Shown: positions 19,958 through 29,624, numbered from the stretch's first letter. The stretch is 64,000 nt of DNA from Deltaproteobacteria bacterium (GCA_013152945.1 JAADFL010000193.1:1991-65990), one strand, 5' to 3'. The notes: generated by a model not told the origin, from the sequence alone. Numbers and translations are program-made.

Positions 19958-20347
19958 ATGGGAAAATCCGGCAGAGTCCTTGTCCTGGACGATGAAAAGA
20001 TAGTATGCGACAGGTTGACCGAGCATTTTTCCAAAAAGGGACTTGAAGTGGAAGCGTTCACGGATAGTCAACAGGCGATAGACCGTATTGCGAGTCAGGA
20101 CTTTGACGTGATCATTACCGACTTGAAGATGAAAGGCCCGACCGGTATGGATGTAGTCCACTTCGTGCGCCGAAACCGGCCGGGCGCCGAGCTGATAGTA
20201 ATAACCGGATACGCCTCGATCGATACTGCCAGAGAGGCCGAGTACTCGGGTGTGTACAAATTCATCACCAAGCCTTTCAAGATGAACAACCTGGCCAAAT
20301 CAGTGATGAAAGCCGTACACAAGGCACAAACCAGAAAAGGCAGGTAA
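19958..20347 (+). CDS. Stand-alone response-regulator receiver (CheY-like) protein.
   Basis: The track ORF starts at GTG 19940. The ATG at 19958 has a GGAGG RBS 6 nt upstream. VLVLDDE, phospho-acceptor in VIITDLKM, T/S in ITGYAS, K in ITKPF. No output domain. Confidence 0.8.
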   Translation: MGKSGRVLVLDDEKIVCDRLTEHFSKKGLEVEAFTDSQQAIDRIASQDFDVIITDLKMKGPTGMDVVHFVRRNRPGAELIVITGYASIDTAREAEYSGVYKFITKPFKMNNLAKSVMKAVHKAQTRKGR

Positions 20348-20352
20348 GAGCC

Positions 20353-20718
20353 ATGAGTGGGAAAAAAGTAATCGTGCTCGACGATGAACCCATAGTGGGA
20401 GAACGGCTGAAACCGGCCCTTGAAAAAGCCGGCTTCGAGGTAGAGACCTATACCGAGAGCCAACAAGTCGTGGATAAATTGGCAAAAGAACGTTTCGATG
20501 TCCTGGTAACGGACTTGAAGATGCGAAAGCCCGACGGTTTGGAAGTCATGCGTTTCGCAAAAGAACAATGGCCTGGAATCAAGGTGATAATAATAACCGG
20601 ATTCGCGACCGTGGAGACAGCGACCGAGGCGCTCAAGGAGGGTGCGGTCGAATTCATTGCAAAGCCGTTCAAGATACGCGATTTAAGAGACCTGGTAGTG
20701 CGTATAACCACTGTGTAG
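20353..20718 (+). CDS. Second stand-alone receiver protein, a paralog of the preceding gene.
   Basis: 121-aa ORF. VIVLDDEP, LVTDLKM, ITGFAT, AKPF. About 45% identical to the previous REC by eye. Confidence 0.85.
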   Translation: MSGKKVIVLDDEPIVGERLKPALEKAGFEVETYTESQQVVDKLAKERFDVLVTDLKMRKPDGLEVMRFAKEQWPGIKVIIITGFATVETATEALKEGAVEFIAKPFKIRDLRDLVVRITTV

Positions 20719-21074
20719 AACGCTTTTAGGCCCTCCCCACCCAGGTTGATTTTCAAGGCATGAAAAAAAAGCCGGACAATTTGTTTTTTTATCCCCTGGA
20801 CCAGGCCGGCTTTCCACCGCCCTCACTCCCTCTTGTCCCTCTCTCCCGCAGAGCGGGCGAGGGGGATCGTTTGGTACCAACAGCCTGAATCCGAATGGGA
20901 CGAATCCCCTTCCTACTGACATTTTAATTCGGCTACCACATCCTGCTTTTTCAGGTCGAAAGATCTGCAAACAAATAAAGGCACTGGCCGGCAGGCGAAT
21001 CCAAAAAAAATATATTTACGTACTCTTTTCCGGCACAACCCGCCAATCGATCTCGGGATTCAAAGAAACCCCCA

Positions 21075-21887
21075 TTATATCAATGGTTCCGAGTGATCGA
21101 GGCCATCGCGATCAATGCTCTTTACACCGTCTACCCCCTTTGCGATCTCCAGTACCGCTTCCACCTGGGCCTCGGTCGCAAGCCGGCCGGACAAGGACAA
21201 TGCCCCCTCCTCTGCAGTCACATCCACATCCAGTTCCGATGTCCTGGGGTCAGTGGCCAAGGCTGCCGCCACCCGGCCGGCCAACAGGTAGTCATTAAGG
21301 CAACGGCGTTGCTTTTCGTCGGGGACGAATTCCGGACGGCGGGCCGCAACGGAAACCATTTCGACCGCACTTGAAATTTCCATGGTGTGGAGGTTCAAAA
21401 TCATGTCATATAATTGCGGATCGAGGATGTCCACGCCATAGAGAAACTTGGTCCACATCCTGCGTTGCTCGTCAACCTTGTGGACATAGGCTACTGCGTC
21501 GTCATAGCTTATATCCCTCTTTTCCCGGAGCATGCGTATTCTCAATGCCAACGGCGCAATCATGCGAACACGCAGGATATTGGTTTCAGGAGGCAACAAG
21601 AGATGTCCTGCATTACCCTCATATATTACATTCCCCTCCTTGACCTCCTCGCAAAGCGCAAGTTGAATGAAAGCGAGATAACTTCTTCGCTTGTGGCCCA
21701 ATCTCTCGAGCAACCCCGGGGGTTTGAATATTGCATCTTGCAAAGTGTCTTCGCGAGGACCCATGCGTGAAGCATTCTTGACCAAGGTCTCCAGTGTAAC
21801 TATTCGGTATCCCAACTTCTCGGCAAGACCCTTGGCAAGCATCTCGCCACCGCTCGCCGTGCCACGGGATATGGTTATAATAGCCAT
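21075..21887 (-). CDS. Cytidylate-kinase-like family P-loop protein with a C-terminal BON domain.
   Basis: The track ORF extends to 21917. The ATG at 21887 has an AAGGGG RBS and gives MAIITISRGTASGG (P-loop of the Cytidylate_kin2-like family). The C-terminus EAQVEAVLEIAKGVDGVKSIDRDGL is BON-like. Confidence 0.6.
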   Translation of the reverse strand: MAIITISRGTASGGEMLAKGLAEKLGYRIVTLETLVKNASRMGPREDTLQDAIFKPPGLLERLGHKRRSYLAFIQLALCEEVKEGNVIYEGNAGHLLLPPETNILRVRMIAPLALRIRMLREKRDISYDDAVAYVHKVDEQRRMWTKFLYGVDILDPQLYDMILNLHTMEISSAVEMVSVAARRPEFVPDEKQRRCLNDYLLAGRVAAALATDPRTSELDVDVTAEEGALSLSGRLATEAQVEAVLEIAKGVDGVKSIDRDGLDHSEPLI

Positions 21888-22162
21888 CTTACCCCTTTTC
21901 TCCTCTCGTCCGGCCAAAACAAAAAGCCGATCGCGGCAATAATATTTTCCATATGAATCACGCTAAAACCAAAAAGTGTCAACCCCTGTTTATAACATAG
22001 GGCATTTACCGTAATGCATATCAATTGCATCAGTACCGTGCCGAAGTCCCCAAACATATGCCGGCAACTCTATTTTATTGGATTTATCGGACTTTTTGTG
22101 CCTGCTTCAGGCGTTCCGGGGAAAAACAGGATAAACAAAAAAAATCCCTTCGGGATTTTCCC

Positions 22163-22191
22163 TTGACTTGAGACATGTCCAAGGCTATAGA
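22163..22191 (+). promoter_or_regulatory. Sigma70-like promoter candidate for the OMP-like gene (TTGACT, 17-nt spacer, TATAGA).
   Basis: cccTTGACTtgagacatgtccaaggcTATAGActt, about 90 nt upstream of the start at 22281. It is preceded by the hairpin aaaatcccttcgggatttt (22141-22159), flanked by an A-run and a T-run. Confidence 0.4.
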
Positions 22192-22280
22192 CTTCCTACT
22201 CAAAGTTAAATCCGCACTGTAGTAGTGCAGGATTATCTGAGCCGGTCGTTATCGAGTATGACCGGTAATCGGGAGTAGCG

Positions 22281-23708
22281 ATGAGAACCAAGTACTACTT
22301 ATTGTTTTCAACAGTCCTTGCAATGGTTGTTGCAGTGCCCACAGGATCCATGGCTCACAAGATCAATTCCAAAAAGGGGGTCTACTTCGTGACTCCCATA
22401 TTAACCGAAAAATCATGGATCGAAACCGAGGCATGGTTGAAACTGGACATGAGAGACCGGGATGAACCGTCAAGGCCCAATCCGGCTGTAGGATTTTATC
22501 CCGACCTGGGTTTGGAAGTCGGCGTTTTCAACCTCTTTTCCGTGAAGACGCATATGCCAATGTGGGTGAACAACTGGACTGAAAAAAAGGACCAGGATAT
22601 CGACGACTTCTTTATCCCCAACTGGTACATAGGAGGAAAGGTCGATATCAGCGCCATACTCGATGAAGCACTAGGCGATTCATCGCCAAAATGGCTGTCC
22701 CTGGCGGCTTCGTACGACGTCGGCATTCCAACAGGTTTCGGCCTCCATGGAATAAACAAGACAGCATCAGGCGCTTGGGCCGATAAGGCGGACCTTGTTC
22801 ACCAGGCAAAGTTGCTCGGTGGTGTCAGCTTCTACAAGTTCAGCATACAGGCGGATGTTGGAATCAATTATTGGCAGATAGATGACCGGTCTTTCCTCAA
22901 CAATACCTCGAGTGGCACCGCCGGTGTCGTCACACCTTACAAGAACAGAACCGACATTGTTTACGACATAGCTCTTCCATACTACTTCAGGTACGAGTCC
23001 ACAGTGCTCATGGTAGAATTGAACGGTCTTTCTGCATACGTGGAAAATCAAAGCGGCACAAAAAAAGAAACAAAGAATCAGCTTTTCATCACTCCCGGCG
23101 TTACCTTTGCCCCGGGCAGCAATTTCACGTTGGGATTCGGATTTGCCATCCCGCTGGTCGATGATTTCTACAACGACAACTTCCGTTTCATCATGAACTT
23201 CCGTTATGCATTCAGTGTCCCGGGTGTAAGCACTGCTTTCTGGCATAAGAAGGAAGAAAAAGAAGGAGAAAAGAAACAAGAAAAGAAAGAGGTTAAGAAA
23301 CCATCGGTCGAAAAGAAGACACAACCCAAGGCAGAAGAGAAACCGGCAGAGCCGGTAAAACAAGAAAAGAAAGAAAAGGAGCAACCGGCAAGCAAAGCGG
23401 GAGAATCCAAGGCAAAGCCCGCAACTCCTGAAGCTTCCTCGAAACCAAAGGCTGAAAAGAAAGAGGAGGCCCCGGCCGTACAAGAGCAGAAACAGGGTGA
23501 AAAGGTTCAGAAGAAGGAAGAGAAGAAGGCCAAGCCTGAACCGAAGAAACAAGAGAAAAAACAAGAGAAGAAGGCCAAGCCTGAACCAAAGAAACAAGAG
23601 AAAAAACAAGAGAAGAAGGCCAAGCCTGAACCGAAGAAACAAGAGAAAAAACAGGAGAAGAAGGCCAAGCCTGAACCAAAGAAACAAGAGAAAAAAGAAA
23701 AGAAATAA
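22281..23708 (+). CDS. Secreted protein with an outer-membrane beta-barrel-like domain and a Lys/Glu/Pro-rich repetitive C-terminal tail (4 copies of AKPEPKKQEKKQEKK).
   Basis: 475-aa ORF. Signal peptide MRTKYYLLFSTVLAMVVAVPTGSMA. About 300 aa of alternating amphipathic beta-strand-like sequence ending in the aromatic-terminated strand FIMNFRYAF. Then about 150 aa of KEKP low complexity. Confidence 0.55.
   Translation: MRTKYYLLFSTVLAMVVAVPTGSMAHKINSKKGVYFVTPILTEKSWIETEAWLKLDMRDRDEPSRPNPAVGFYPDLGLEVGVFNLFSVKTHMPMWVNNWTEKKDQDIDDFFIPNWYIGGKVDISAILDEALGDSSPKWLSLAASYDVGIPTGFGLHGINKTASGAWADKADLVHQAKLLGGVSFYKFSIQADVGINYWQIDDRSFLNNTSSGTAGVVTPYKNRTDIVYDIALPYYFRYESTVLMVELNGLSAYVENQSGTKKETKNQLFITPGVTFAPGSNFTLGFGFAIPLVDDFYNDNFRFIMNFRYAFSVPGVSTAFWHKKEEKEGEKKQEKKEVKKPSVEKKTQPKAEEKPAEPVKQEKKEKEQPASKAGESKAKPATPEASSKPKAEKKEEAPAVQEQKQGEKVQKKEEKKAKPEPKKQEKKQEKKAKPEPKKQEKKQEKKAKPEPKKQEKKQEKKAKPEPKKQEKKEKK
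23518..23702 (+). repeat. 45-bp in-frame tandem repeat, 4 copies, inside the OMP-like gene.
   Basis: gccaagcctgaaccgaagaaacaagagaaaaaacaagagaagaag repeated four times with only synonymous changes (ccg/cca, caa/cag). Encodes (AKPEPKKQEKKQEKK)x4. Confidence 0.8.
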
Positions 23709-24041
23709 CTCCTTTATCGAGACTTCGTCAGAACACTTCTCATAATGCCGATTCCCAGCTTCACTGTTGAATTACGTGGCTGTTTTCCGCCTCCTTGGAG
23801 TAGCCGAAGTACGCCTTGGTCGGTGCGCCTTGCCAGGCGCTCCTACTCTGCTCTGGAAACGGCAAGATGCCGGTATCAATACCGCGAAAAGGGAGGTAAA
23901 CGCATTCGGATTGCAGCAAACTATCTTATTGGAGGGCATGCATTGGTTCAAAGTGATCGGCTTTTCACCCGGGACAAAGCTTTCTATTTTGAATATTTTC
24001 AGAAATTCAATATTTGTACGTTTAACATGCTGTAACAAAAA

Positions 24042-24731
24042 TCAGTGTTTCATGTACCGGCTCCTGTAGAGTGCTCCAAGCTCGTGTTTTTCTTTTGCGC
24101 TCATCTTCTTCCAACGCTCGAAAAGAGATTGGATTCTTTTCCTGTCGCTTTTGGATAATGACAACCAATGCCTGTAGTGTGCAAACACCCTGTGCCTTTG
24201 TTCATCACTCAACCAGTAAAACTTATCGAGGCGATGCAAGAGCCTCAATCTCTCCAGGAGCGGCAACATTCTGAAATGCTCCCATTGTTTTTTTATCGGC
24301 CAGATACCCTGCGGCATTACAAGGCCGTCTTTGGGTTCTACATTCACTCCGATAAGCTTCCTCATATCCGGTCGCAGCTTGTGCCAGAAATAATTATAGT
24401 CATTCGGCCATATTTCTTTTTTCTTACCTTTCTTTTTCTTTTTCCGGTCGGTCTCCGCCTGTCCCGAAGTGATTACCTCCTCGTTTCCTACGCCTGTTGC
24501 GCTCGAAGAATGCAGATCGCGCTCCAGGTCTTCGAGCTTTTCGAGTAGTCCAAGCTTGGTAACCAATGGGTACATTTCCAACAAATCGGTAGATTGTGCT
24601 GCAAACTGTTCGCCGGGAGTAGGACAAAGCAGCCTGGGATTCTTCCACGATATGGGCGGAGCCATTGCATCCAACGCCGATCCTACCAACACGAGCACCA
24701 CAAACAATCCGGTCCATTCCACGTATTTCAT
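24042..24731 (-). CDS. Secreted hypothetical protein, DUF3106-like (W..LS..DR / ERW..MS..EK repeats), with a poly-Lys tract.
   Basis: 229-aa ORF. Signal-peptide-like N-terminus. HYRHWLSLSKSDRKRIQSLFERWKKMSAKEKHEL resembles the short Trp/Ser/Glu-Arg repeats of DUF3106. Family assignment is tentative. Confidence 0.4.
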   Translation of the reverse strand: MKYVEWTGLFVVLVLVGSALDAMAPPISWKNPRLLCPTPGEQFAAQSTDLLEMYPLVTKLGLLEKLEDLERDLHSSSATGVGNEEVITSGQAETDRKKKKKGKKKEIWPNDYNYFWHKLRPDMRKLIGVNVEPKDGLVMPQGIWPIKKQWEHFRMLPLLERLRLLHRLDKFYWLSDEQRHRVFAHYRHWLSLSKSDRKRIQSLFERWKKMSAKEKHELGALYRSRYMKH

Positions 24732-24886
24732 TCAAACTCCGACGAGTATCCCCGCTCCCGGCTCCATACCCGGACGCGGGTGGCCCCGCGCTTTTTCAAT
24801 ACTCTGCTCATTTTTACAAAAAATGCCGGGATTGACAACATTGTTCAGGGATTGTAGAGCCATTCCTTGTCTATGGAGGTGAACAC

Positions 24887-26326
24887 ATGAGCCTTAAAGA
24901 GAAAGAGAGATTGGAAAAAGCCTTCCAGGTATTCAAAGAGGCTCTTGAAAGTGTTCCTGCGTACAGGGATTTCCTTAAACGGTCGGGCTTTGATCCAAAC
25001 TTTGTGAAAGGACCACAAGACTTTGAAAAAATACCGATTACCGACAAGGAACAATACCTACGCAAGTACAAACTACCCGAGCTGTGCCTGAACGGTACGT
25101 TGAAAGGAATGCACACGGTTTACAGGAGTGCAGGCACCACGGGTGAGCCCCTGTTCTGGCCCAGGCTTCCTGAAGAGGAAGCCGGTCTTCCGGCCATGCT
25201 TTCCCGGGAATTGAACGCCACGTACAACACAGAGGGTATCCATACACTCATCGTTGCAGCCCTTCCCCTGGGATCCTGGCTCCGGGGAGGTGAAGTAACC
25301 TGGGCGGCTCATGCAGCAGCGCTTTCGACAAATGGAGCGTTTACTTGCGTCACTCCGGGCGATGATGTCGAGGAAACAGTCAGAGTCATCAAGATGCTCG
25401 GAGAATACTATCAACAGATCGTGTTGGTGTGCTACCCGCCAAGACTCCTCCCGATAATAGACATGGGAGAAAAGTCCGGCCTTGATTGGCCCGGAATGAA
25501 AATCCGTTTTGCCTTTGTCGGCGAATCCGTCAGTGAAGAGTGGAGAAGCAAGATAGGAAGCAGGATTGGACTATCTGAAACCGAATTACTCGCCACTTGG
25601 GGAAACTATGGAGGCACTGAAACCGGAAGGGTCGGCCGGGAAACGCCCTTTACCGTTTTGCTAAGACGGAAAGCTTCTGAAGATGAAGCTCTATGTAAAG
25701 AACTCTTCGGAAAATCGAGGCCGCCATTTCTTTGCGAAAGAGATCCCGCCGCAGCCCAGGTCGAGGTAATAGACGGTGAAATGGTATTTACGAAACACCA
25801 GGCGGTTCCCCTGGTCAGGTACAATATCCATGATAGGGGCGCCATTATTTCAAGGCATCGAATCAACGAAATATTTGCCGCTCGAAATATCGACTTGGGA
25901 CACCTGCTGCAAAACCTCGGATTTTCAAAAAGGGACTCGGATTCTGATGCGCCCATTCTTGCAATTTATGGCAGGTCCGAAGGGGCTGTCCGTTTTATGG
26001 GTGTGGAAATCCATCCCAGCCAAGTCATCGAGGCCCTTGTCGATTCCCCTTTGAAAGGAAGCTGCACACGCAATGTGAAACTGGTTCTTGAAACCGGTTA
26101 CAGGGGAGAACAGCAACTAAGATTGATAATCGAACTTGCCGACGGCCTGGTTCCCGAAGCCGGGTTGAAAAGGAGATTCGCGAAAATCATTTCTGAAAAT
26201 CTAAGAAAAGTTAACCCTGCTTTCAACACGCTCTGTAATACCATGGGAAAAGATGCCGAGCAGTGCTTTCCAAATGTCGAATTGCTGTTCTTCGGGAGCT
26301 GGGAAGATGATCCCACGAATGATTGA
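24887..26326 (+). CDS. Adenylate-forming enzyme of the PaaK / coenzyme F390 synthetase / CapK superfamily.
   Basis: 479-aa ORF. The N-terminus (VPAYRDFLKRSGFDP...DFEKIPITDKEQYLRKY) matches the PaaK-like N-domain. YRSAGTTGEPLFWP matches the SSGTTGKP phosphate-binding loop of this family. Confidence 0.65.
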   Translation: MSLKEKERLEKAFQVFKEALESVPAYRDFLKRSGFDPNFVKGPQDFEKIPITDKEQYLRKYKLPELCLNGTLKGMHTVYRSAGTTGEPLFWPRLPEEEAGLPAMLSRELNATYNTEGIHTLIVAALPLGSWLRGGEVTWAAHAAALSTNGAFTCVTPGDDVEETVRVIKMLGEYYQQIVLVCYPPRLLPIIDMGEKSGLDWPGMKIRFAFVGESVSEEWRSKIGSRIGLSETELLATWGNYGGTETGRVGRETPFTVLLRRKASEDEALCKELFGKSRPPFLCERDPAAAQVEVIDGEMVFTKHQAVPLVRYNIHDRGAIISRHRINEIFAARNIDLGHLLQNLGFSKRDSDSDAPILAIYGRSEGAVRFMGVEIHPSQVIEALVDSPLKGSCTRNVKLVLETGYRGEQQLRLIIELADGLVPEAGLKRRFAKIISENLRKVNPAFNTLCNTMGKDAEQCFPNVELLFFGSWEDDPTND

Positions 26327-26455
26327 CAACACTCGTAGTCCCAAGCAATCGGGATAACCAGGCACAAGATTATTCCTGTCAATTCAACCAAGAAAGGACG
26401 TCCCTGATACTCTCTTACGGTGATCCCCGGGCACTGTTTCCTGAACGGGCAGATA

Positions 26456-26788
26456 TTACCTGGGTAACTTCCTCGACATAATCAAGTATTTTTTCAGTAT
26501 TTCCTTGTCCGCGGGTGTAAGGTTCACATACCTGATCCCCATATCCAAAGGCGATTCTTCACTGGCCCAAACCACCTCACCCTTGGTATGGATCGACTTG
26601 TCAAGGTCGGGGAAATTAATAAACAGGTCTACCACGGTTCCCATAGGCTCGACTTTTGAAGCCTTAATCGATATTCCACCAAGACTGATATTTTCAATCT
26701 TGTGGAACAGTAAAACTTCGGAACCCGTATAGTCTACGTATGCATTCACTTCTATCCTGGGAAATATTCGTCTCTCTTTCTCGGACAT
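26456..26788 (-). CDS. PilZ-domain c-di-GMP receptor protein.
   Basis: The track ORF extends to 26836. The ATG at 26788 has a GGAGG RBS. RRIFPRIEV (RxxxR) and ENISLGGISI (D/NxSxGG) are the two c-di-GMP-binding motifs. Confidence 0.7.
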   Translation of the reverse strand: MSEKERRIFPRIEVNAYVDYTGSEVLLFHKIENISLGGISIKASKVEPMGTVVDLFINFPDLDKSIHTKGEVVWASEESPLDMGIRYVNLTPADKEILKKYLIMSRKLPR

Positions 26789-27074
26789 CCCACACTCCTC
26801 CCACAATCGTTCTCGAATCAACAAACAATTCATCAATAAAACGAACCGGCATCGTGATCAAGATAAAAGTTGAGGCCGGCCGATCCAACCGTTTTCATAC
26901 ACATTTATAGGCCTATTCAAATGACCTGTTTACAAACAGGCTGTCAGTCGGATACTAATACCTGTACCAAGTGCAAGCCCCGGTTCGTTTCGGGAAGGAT
27001 TGTGGAATGGGCCGGCATGGTGAAATCAAAAGTTGAAGTATTTCATTCGTTCATGATCCCTTTTTTCGGGAGGC

Positions 27075-28904
27075 ATGGTTCATAAGATGTACATCCTCGG
27101 CATTTCGGCTTTCTATCATGACTCGGCGGCGGCTCTCATAAAGGACGGAGAAGTGTCGGCGGCGGCTCAGGAAGAAAGATTTTCCCGCAAGAAGCACGAC
27201 CACGAGTTTCCGGGCAAGGCATCCGAATATTGCCTTAAACAGGCAGGCATCAAGGCAAAGGATCTCGACGCGGTTGTTTTCTACGAAAAGCCGTTTGTAA
27301 AATTCGAAAGGATACTCGAAACCTACCTCGCAGTCGCACCCAGGGGCCTGCTTTCGTTTCTGAAGTCCATGCCACTCTGGCTGAAGAAAAAGCTCTGGAT
27401 AAAGGAGATATTGTCATCCGGCCTTTCATTCGACGGTAAAATACTTTTTACCGAACACCACGAATCACACGCAGCCAGCGCGTACTATCCTTCACCGTTC
27501 GAACACGCCGCAATCCTGACGATCGACGGTGTAGGCGAATGGGCGACCAACACAATTGCAATGGGTAACGGTGAACGAATCGACATAATCAAAGAAATCG
27601 AATTTCCCCATTCCCTGGGTCTCCTGTACTCCGCTTTTACATATTTCACCGGCTTTAAGGTCAACTCCGGTGAATACAAGCTGATGGGACTGGCCCCATA
27701 TGGTGAACCTGTCTATAGAAAAAAGATACTGGATGAACTCGTCGACCTGAAGCAAGACGGTAGTTACAGGTTGAACCAGGATTACTTCGACTATTGCGGC
27801 GGCCTCAAGATGACCGGCGGAAAATTCGAGAAACTGTTCGGAGGCCATCCCAGAAAGCCTGAATCGCCAATCACCGCCCGGGAGATGAATTTGGCCAAAT
27901 CCATCCAAGATGTAACCGAAGAAATAATGCTCAGGCAAGCCAGATTCGCAAGGCGGGTAACAGGCTCTGCAAACCTTTGCATGGCCGGCGGAGTCGCGTT
28001 GAACTGCGTGGGAAACGGAAGAATCCTGAAAGAAGGCATATTCGACAATATATGGATACAACCCGCTGCAGGTGATGCAGGCGGAAGCTTGGGAGCAGCG
28101 CTTGCCGCCTACTACATGCATTTCAAAAACAGCAGGCCTCACTCGACCGGATCGGACAGGCAAAAGGGAAGTTACCTGGGGCCGGCTTTTGCAGATGAAC
28201 AGATACAAGGTTTTCTCGAAAGGTCGGGCGCTCCTGCAAGACGCATGACCAAACAGGATTTGCTGCATGAGACCGCCCGGCTCATTAAGGAAGGCAATGT
28301 AATCGGATGGTTCCAGGGCCGAATGGAATTCGGTCCGCGTGCGCTCGGTGCGAGAAGCATCATCGGGGACGCCAGGTCCGAAGAAATGCAATCAAAGATG
28401 AATCTCAAGATAAAATTCAGGGAATCCTTCAGGCCTTTTGCGCCATCGGTCCTGGCTGAAAGCTACAGGGAATATTTCGACCTCGATGAGGAATCGCCTT
28501 ACATGCTCCTCGTAGCTCCGGTAAAAAAGGAAATCCGGATCGATCCGGACGAAACGACCAAGAACGCCTCCGGCCTCGACAAATTGAATTTAAAAAGATC
28601 GATTATACCGGCTGTAACACATGTGGACTACACTGCCAGGATACAGACGGTGAACAAGCGAGACAACCCGATCTACCACGATCTGATAGAAGAATTTAAA
28701 AAACTTACAGGTTGTCCCGTGATAGTCAACACATCTTTCAACGTAAGAGGAGAACCAATCGTATGCTCTCCAAGCGATGCATATACTTGCTTCATGCGCA
28801 CTGAAATGGATTATCTCATCATGGGATCCTTCATACTTTCCAAAGCCGACCAGCCCGATTGGAAAGAAAAAGAGGATTGGCGCGAAATCTTTGAATTGGA
28901 TTGA
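27075..28904 (+). CDS. NodU/CmcH-family O-carbamoyltransferase.
   Basis: 609-aa ORF. YILGISAFYHDSAAALIKDG (Kae1/YrdC-like N-domain), HHESHAASAYYPSPF (metal-binding His pair), and NTSFNVRGEPIVCSP in the C-terminal domain. Collinear with NodU/NovN/TobZ-type carbamoyltransferases. Confidence 0.85.
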   Translation: MVHKMYILGISAFYHDSAAALIKDGEVSAAAQEERFSRKKHDHEFPGKASEYCLKQAGIKAKDLDAVVFYEKPFVKFERILETYLAVAPRGLLSFLKSMPLWLKKKLWIKEILSSGLSFDGKILFTEHHESHAASAYYPSPFEHAAILTIDGVGEWATNTIAMGNGERIDIIKEIEFPHSLGLLYSAFTYFTGFKVNSGEYKLMGLAPYGEPVYRKKILDELVDLKQDGSYRLNQDYFDYCGGLKMTGGKFEKLFGGHPRKPESPITAREMNLAKSIQDVTEEIMLRQARFARRVTGSANLCMAGGVALNCVGNGRILKEGIFDNIWIQPAAGDAGGSLGAALAAYYMHFKNSRPHSTGSDRQKGSYLGPAFADEQIQGFLERSGAPARRMTKQDLLHETARLIKEGNVIGWFQGRMEFGPRALGARSIIGDARSEEMQSKMNLKIKFRESFRPFAPSVLAESYREYFDLDEESPYMLLVAPVKKEIRIDPDETTKNASGLDKLNLKRSIIPAVTHVDYTARIQTVNKRDNPIYHDLIEEFKKLTGCPVIVNTSFNVRGEPIVCSPSDAYTCFMRTEMDYLIMGSFILSKADQPDWKEKEDWREIFELD

Positions 28905-28950
28905 AGCCGGCAACCCGCCATGGGAATGAAAGGTCAACGTCCGGAAATTT

Positions 28951-29598
28951 CTAAACCCCGAGGTTTTGTTCTTCCTCGGGCGGAGGTATGATGACGTCGG
29001 CCCGCGATTTGTGGCTCGAAATTTCCACGTGTTCTATGGCCAGCACCCTTTCAAGGAACTCCACGTCCGGATCCCTGGCCCTCTCCAGCCTGTTCTTCTT
29101 GGTCTGCTTGTAGTTCCTGTCGATGAATACACGCACGTCCACGGAAGGTACAAGGCTGGTATATGTTCCTTCTATGACAACAACATCGAAAGGCCCGCCC
29201 GATATCTTTTCCTCGCCTATCCTGTCTTCGTCGAAATATACCAATGGCTTCTCCAAGCCGACGGCCCCTTGTTTCAATTTCCTAACGTGTTCATCCAACA
29301 GGTCGAGCCGAACTTCTCCCGGGCCAACCCAGGAAATATCCTCTTCTCTCTTTTTAGCATTCGTTTTTGGCGGCAACCTGAAATAATCGTCCTGTCCCAG
29401 CAAGACCACATTGTATCCTTTTTTTTCCAAGTCCTCCTTGATGCAATATCCAGTCTCACTTTTTCCGGATCCCGACTCTCCGGCTACCGATACGGCAATT
29501 CTTCCCTTCTTTTCGATTGATTCTAAAACCTTGGGCAAAGCCAGCTCGGCCGCCTTCCTGTGGTAATCCTTTATCAGTAACTTGTCACCTATCATCAT
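28951..29598 (-). CDS. P-loop kinase of the uridine kinase / phosphoribulokinase family.
   Basis: 215-aa ORF. Walker A IAVSVAGESGSGKSE, and the LLGQDDYF motif resembles Udk/PRK family members. Confidence 0.55.
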   Translation of the reverse strand: MMIGDKLLIKDYHRKAAELALPKVLESIEKKGRIAVSVAGESGSGKSETGYCIKEDLEKKGYNVVLLGQDDYFRLPPKTNAKKREEDISWVGPGEVRLDLLDEHVRKLKQGAVGLEKPLVYFDEDRIGEEKISGGPFDVVVIEGTYTSLVPSVDVRVFIDRNYKQTKKNRLERARDPDVEFLERVLAIEHVEISSHKSRADVIIPPPEEEQNLGV

Positions 29599-29624
29599 TC
29601 ACCTCCGATAGGAAAAATATTAAC

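Noticed and set aside
20719-21074. 356-nt gap after the second receiver gene containing A8...T7-flanked gccggacaatttg and a cccgcagagcggg mini-palindrome.
   Set aside because: Only weak, short stems. It could be a terminator for the two-component operon, but the support is not enough to annotate.
22767-23687. 306-aa minus-strand ORF rich in L/F/R, plus several 60-130-aa ORFs over 23204-23745.
   Set aside because: These are antisense and off-frame readings of the AAG/GAA-rich 45-bp repeat region of the OMP-like gene. The periodic low-complexity sequence is a repeat artefact.
23518-23702. Considered whether the 45-bp repeats, or the GAYACN tracts at 46674-46763 and 53386-53436, could be a CRISPR array.
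   Set aside because: Repeats are contiguous with no unique spacers, lie inside long ORFs, keep the reading frame, and vary only at synonymous positions. No cas genes are in the window.
27492-28391. Long antisense ORFs: 27492..28391 (299 aa), 18323..19378 (351 aa), 39900..40715 (271 aa), 50002..50802 (266 aa), 61923..62708 (261 aa), 10106..10831 (241 aa), 32293..32973 (226 aa).
   Set aside because: Each lies entirely inside, and opposite or out of frame to, a strongly supported CDS (carbamoyltransferase, PpsA-like, giant TPR, GcvT-like, RNB nuclease, RND pump, GT-C/TPR). None has recognisable motifs. These are typical GC-rich shadow ORFs.
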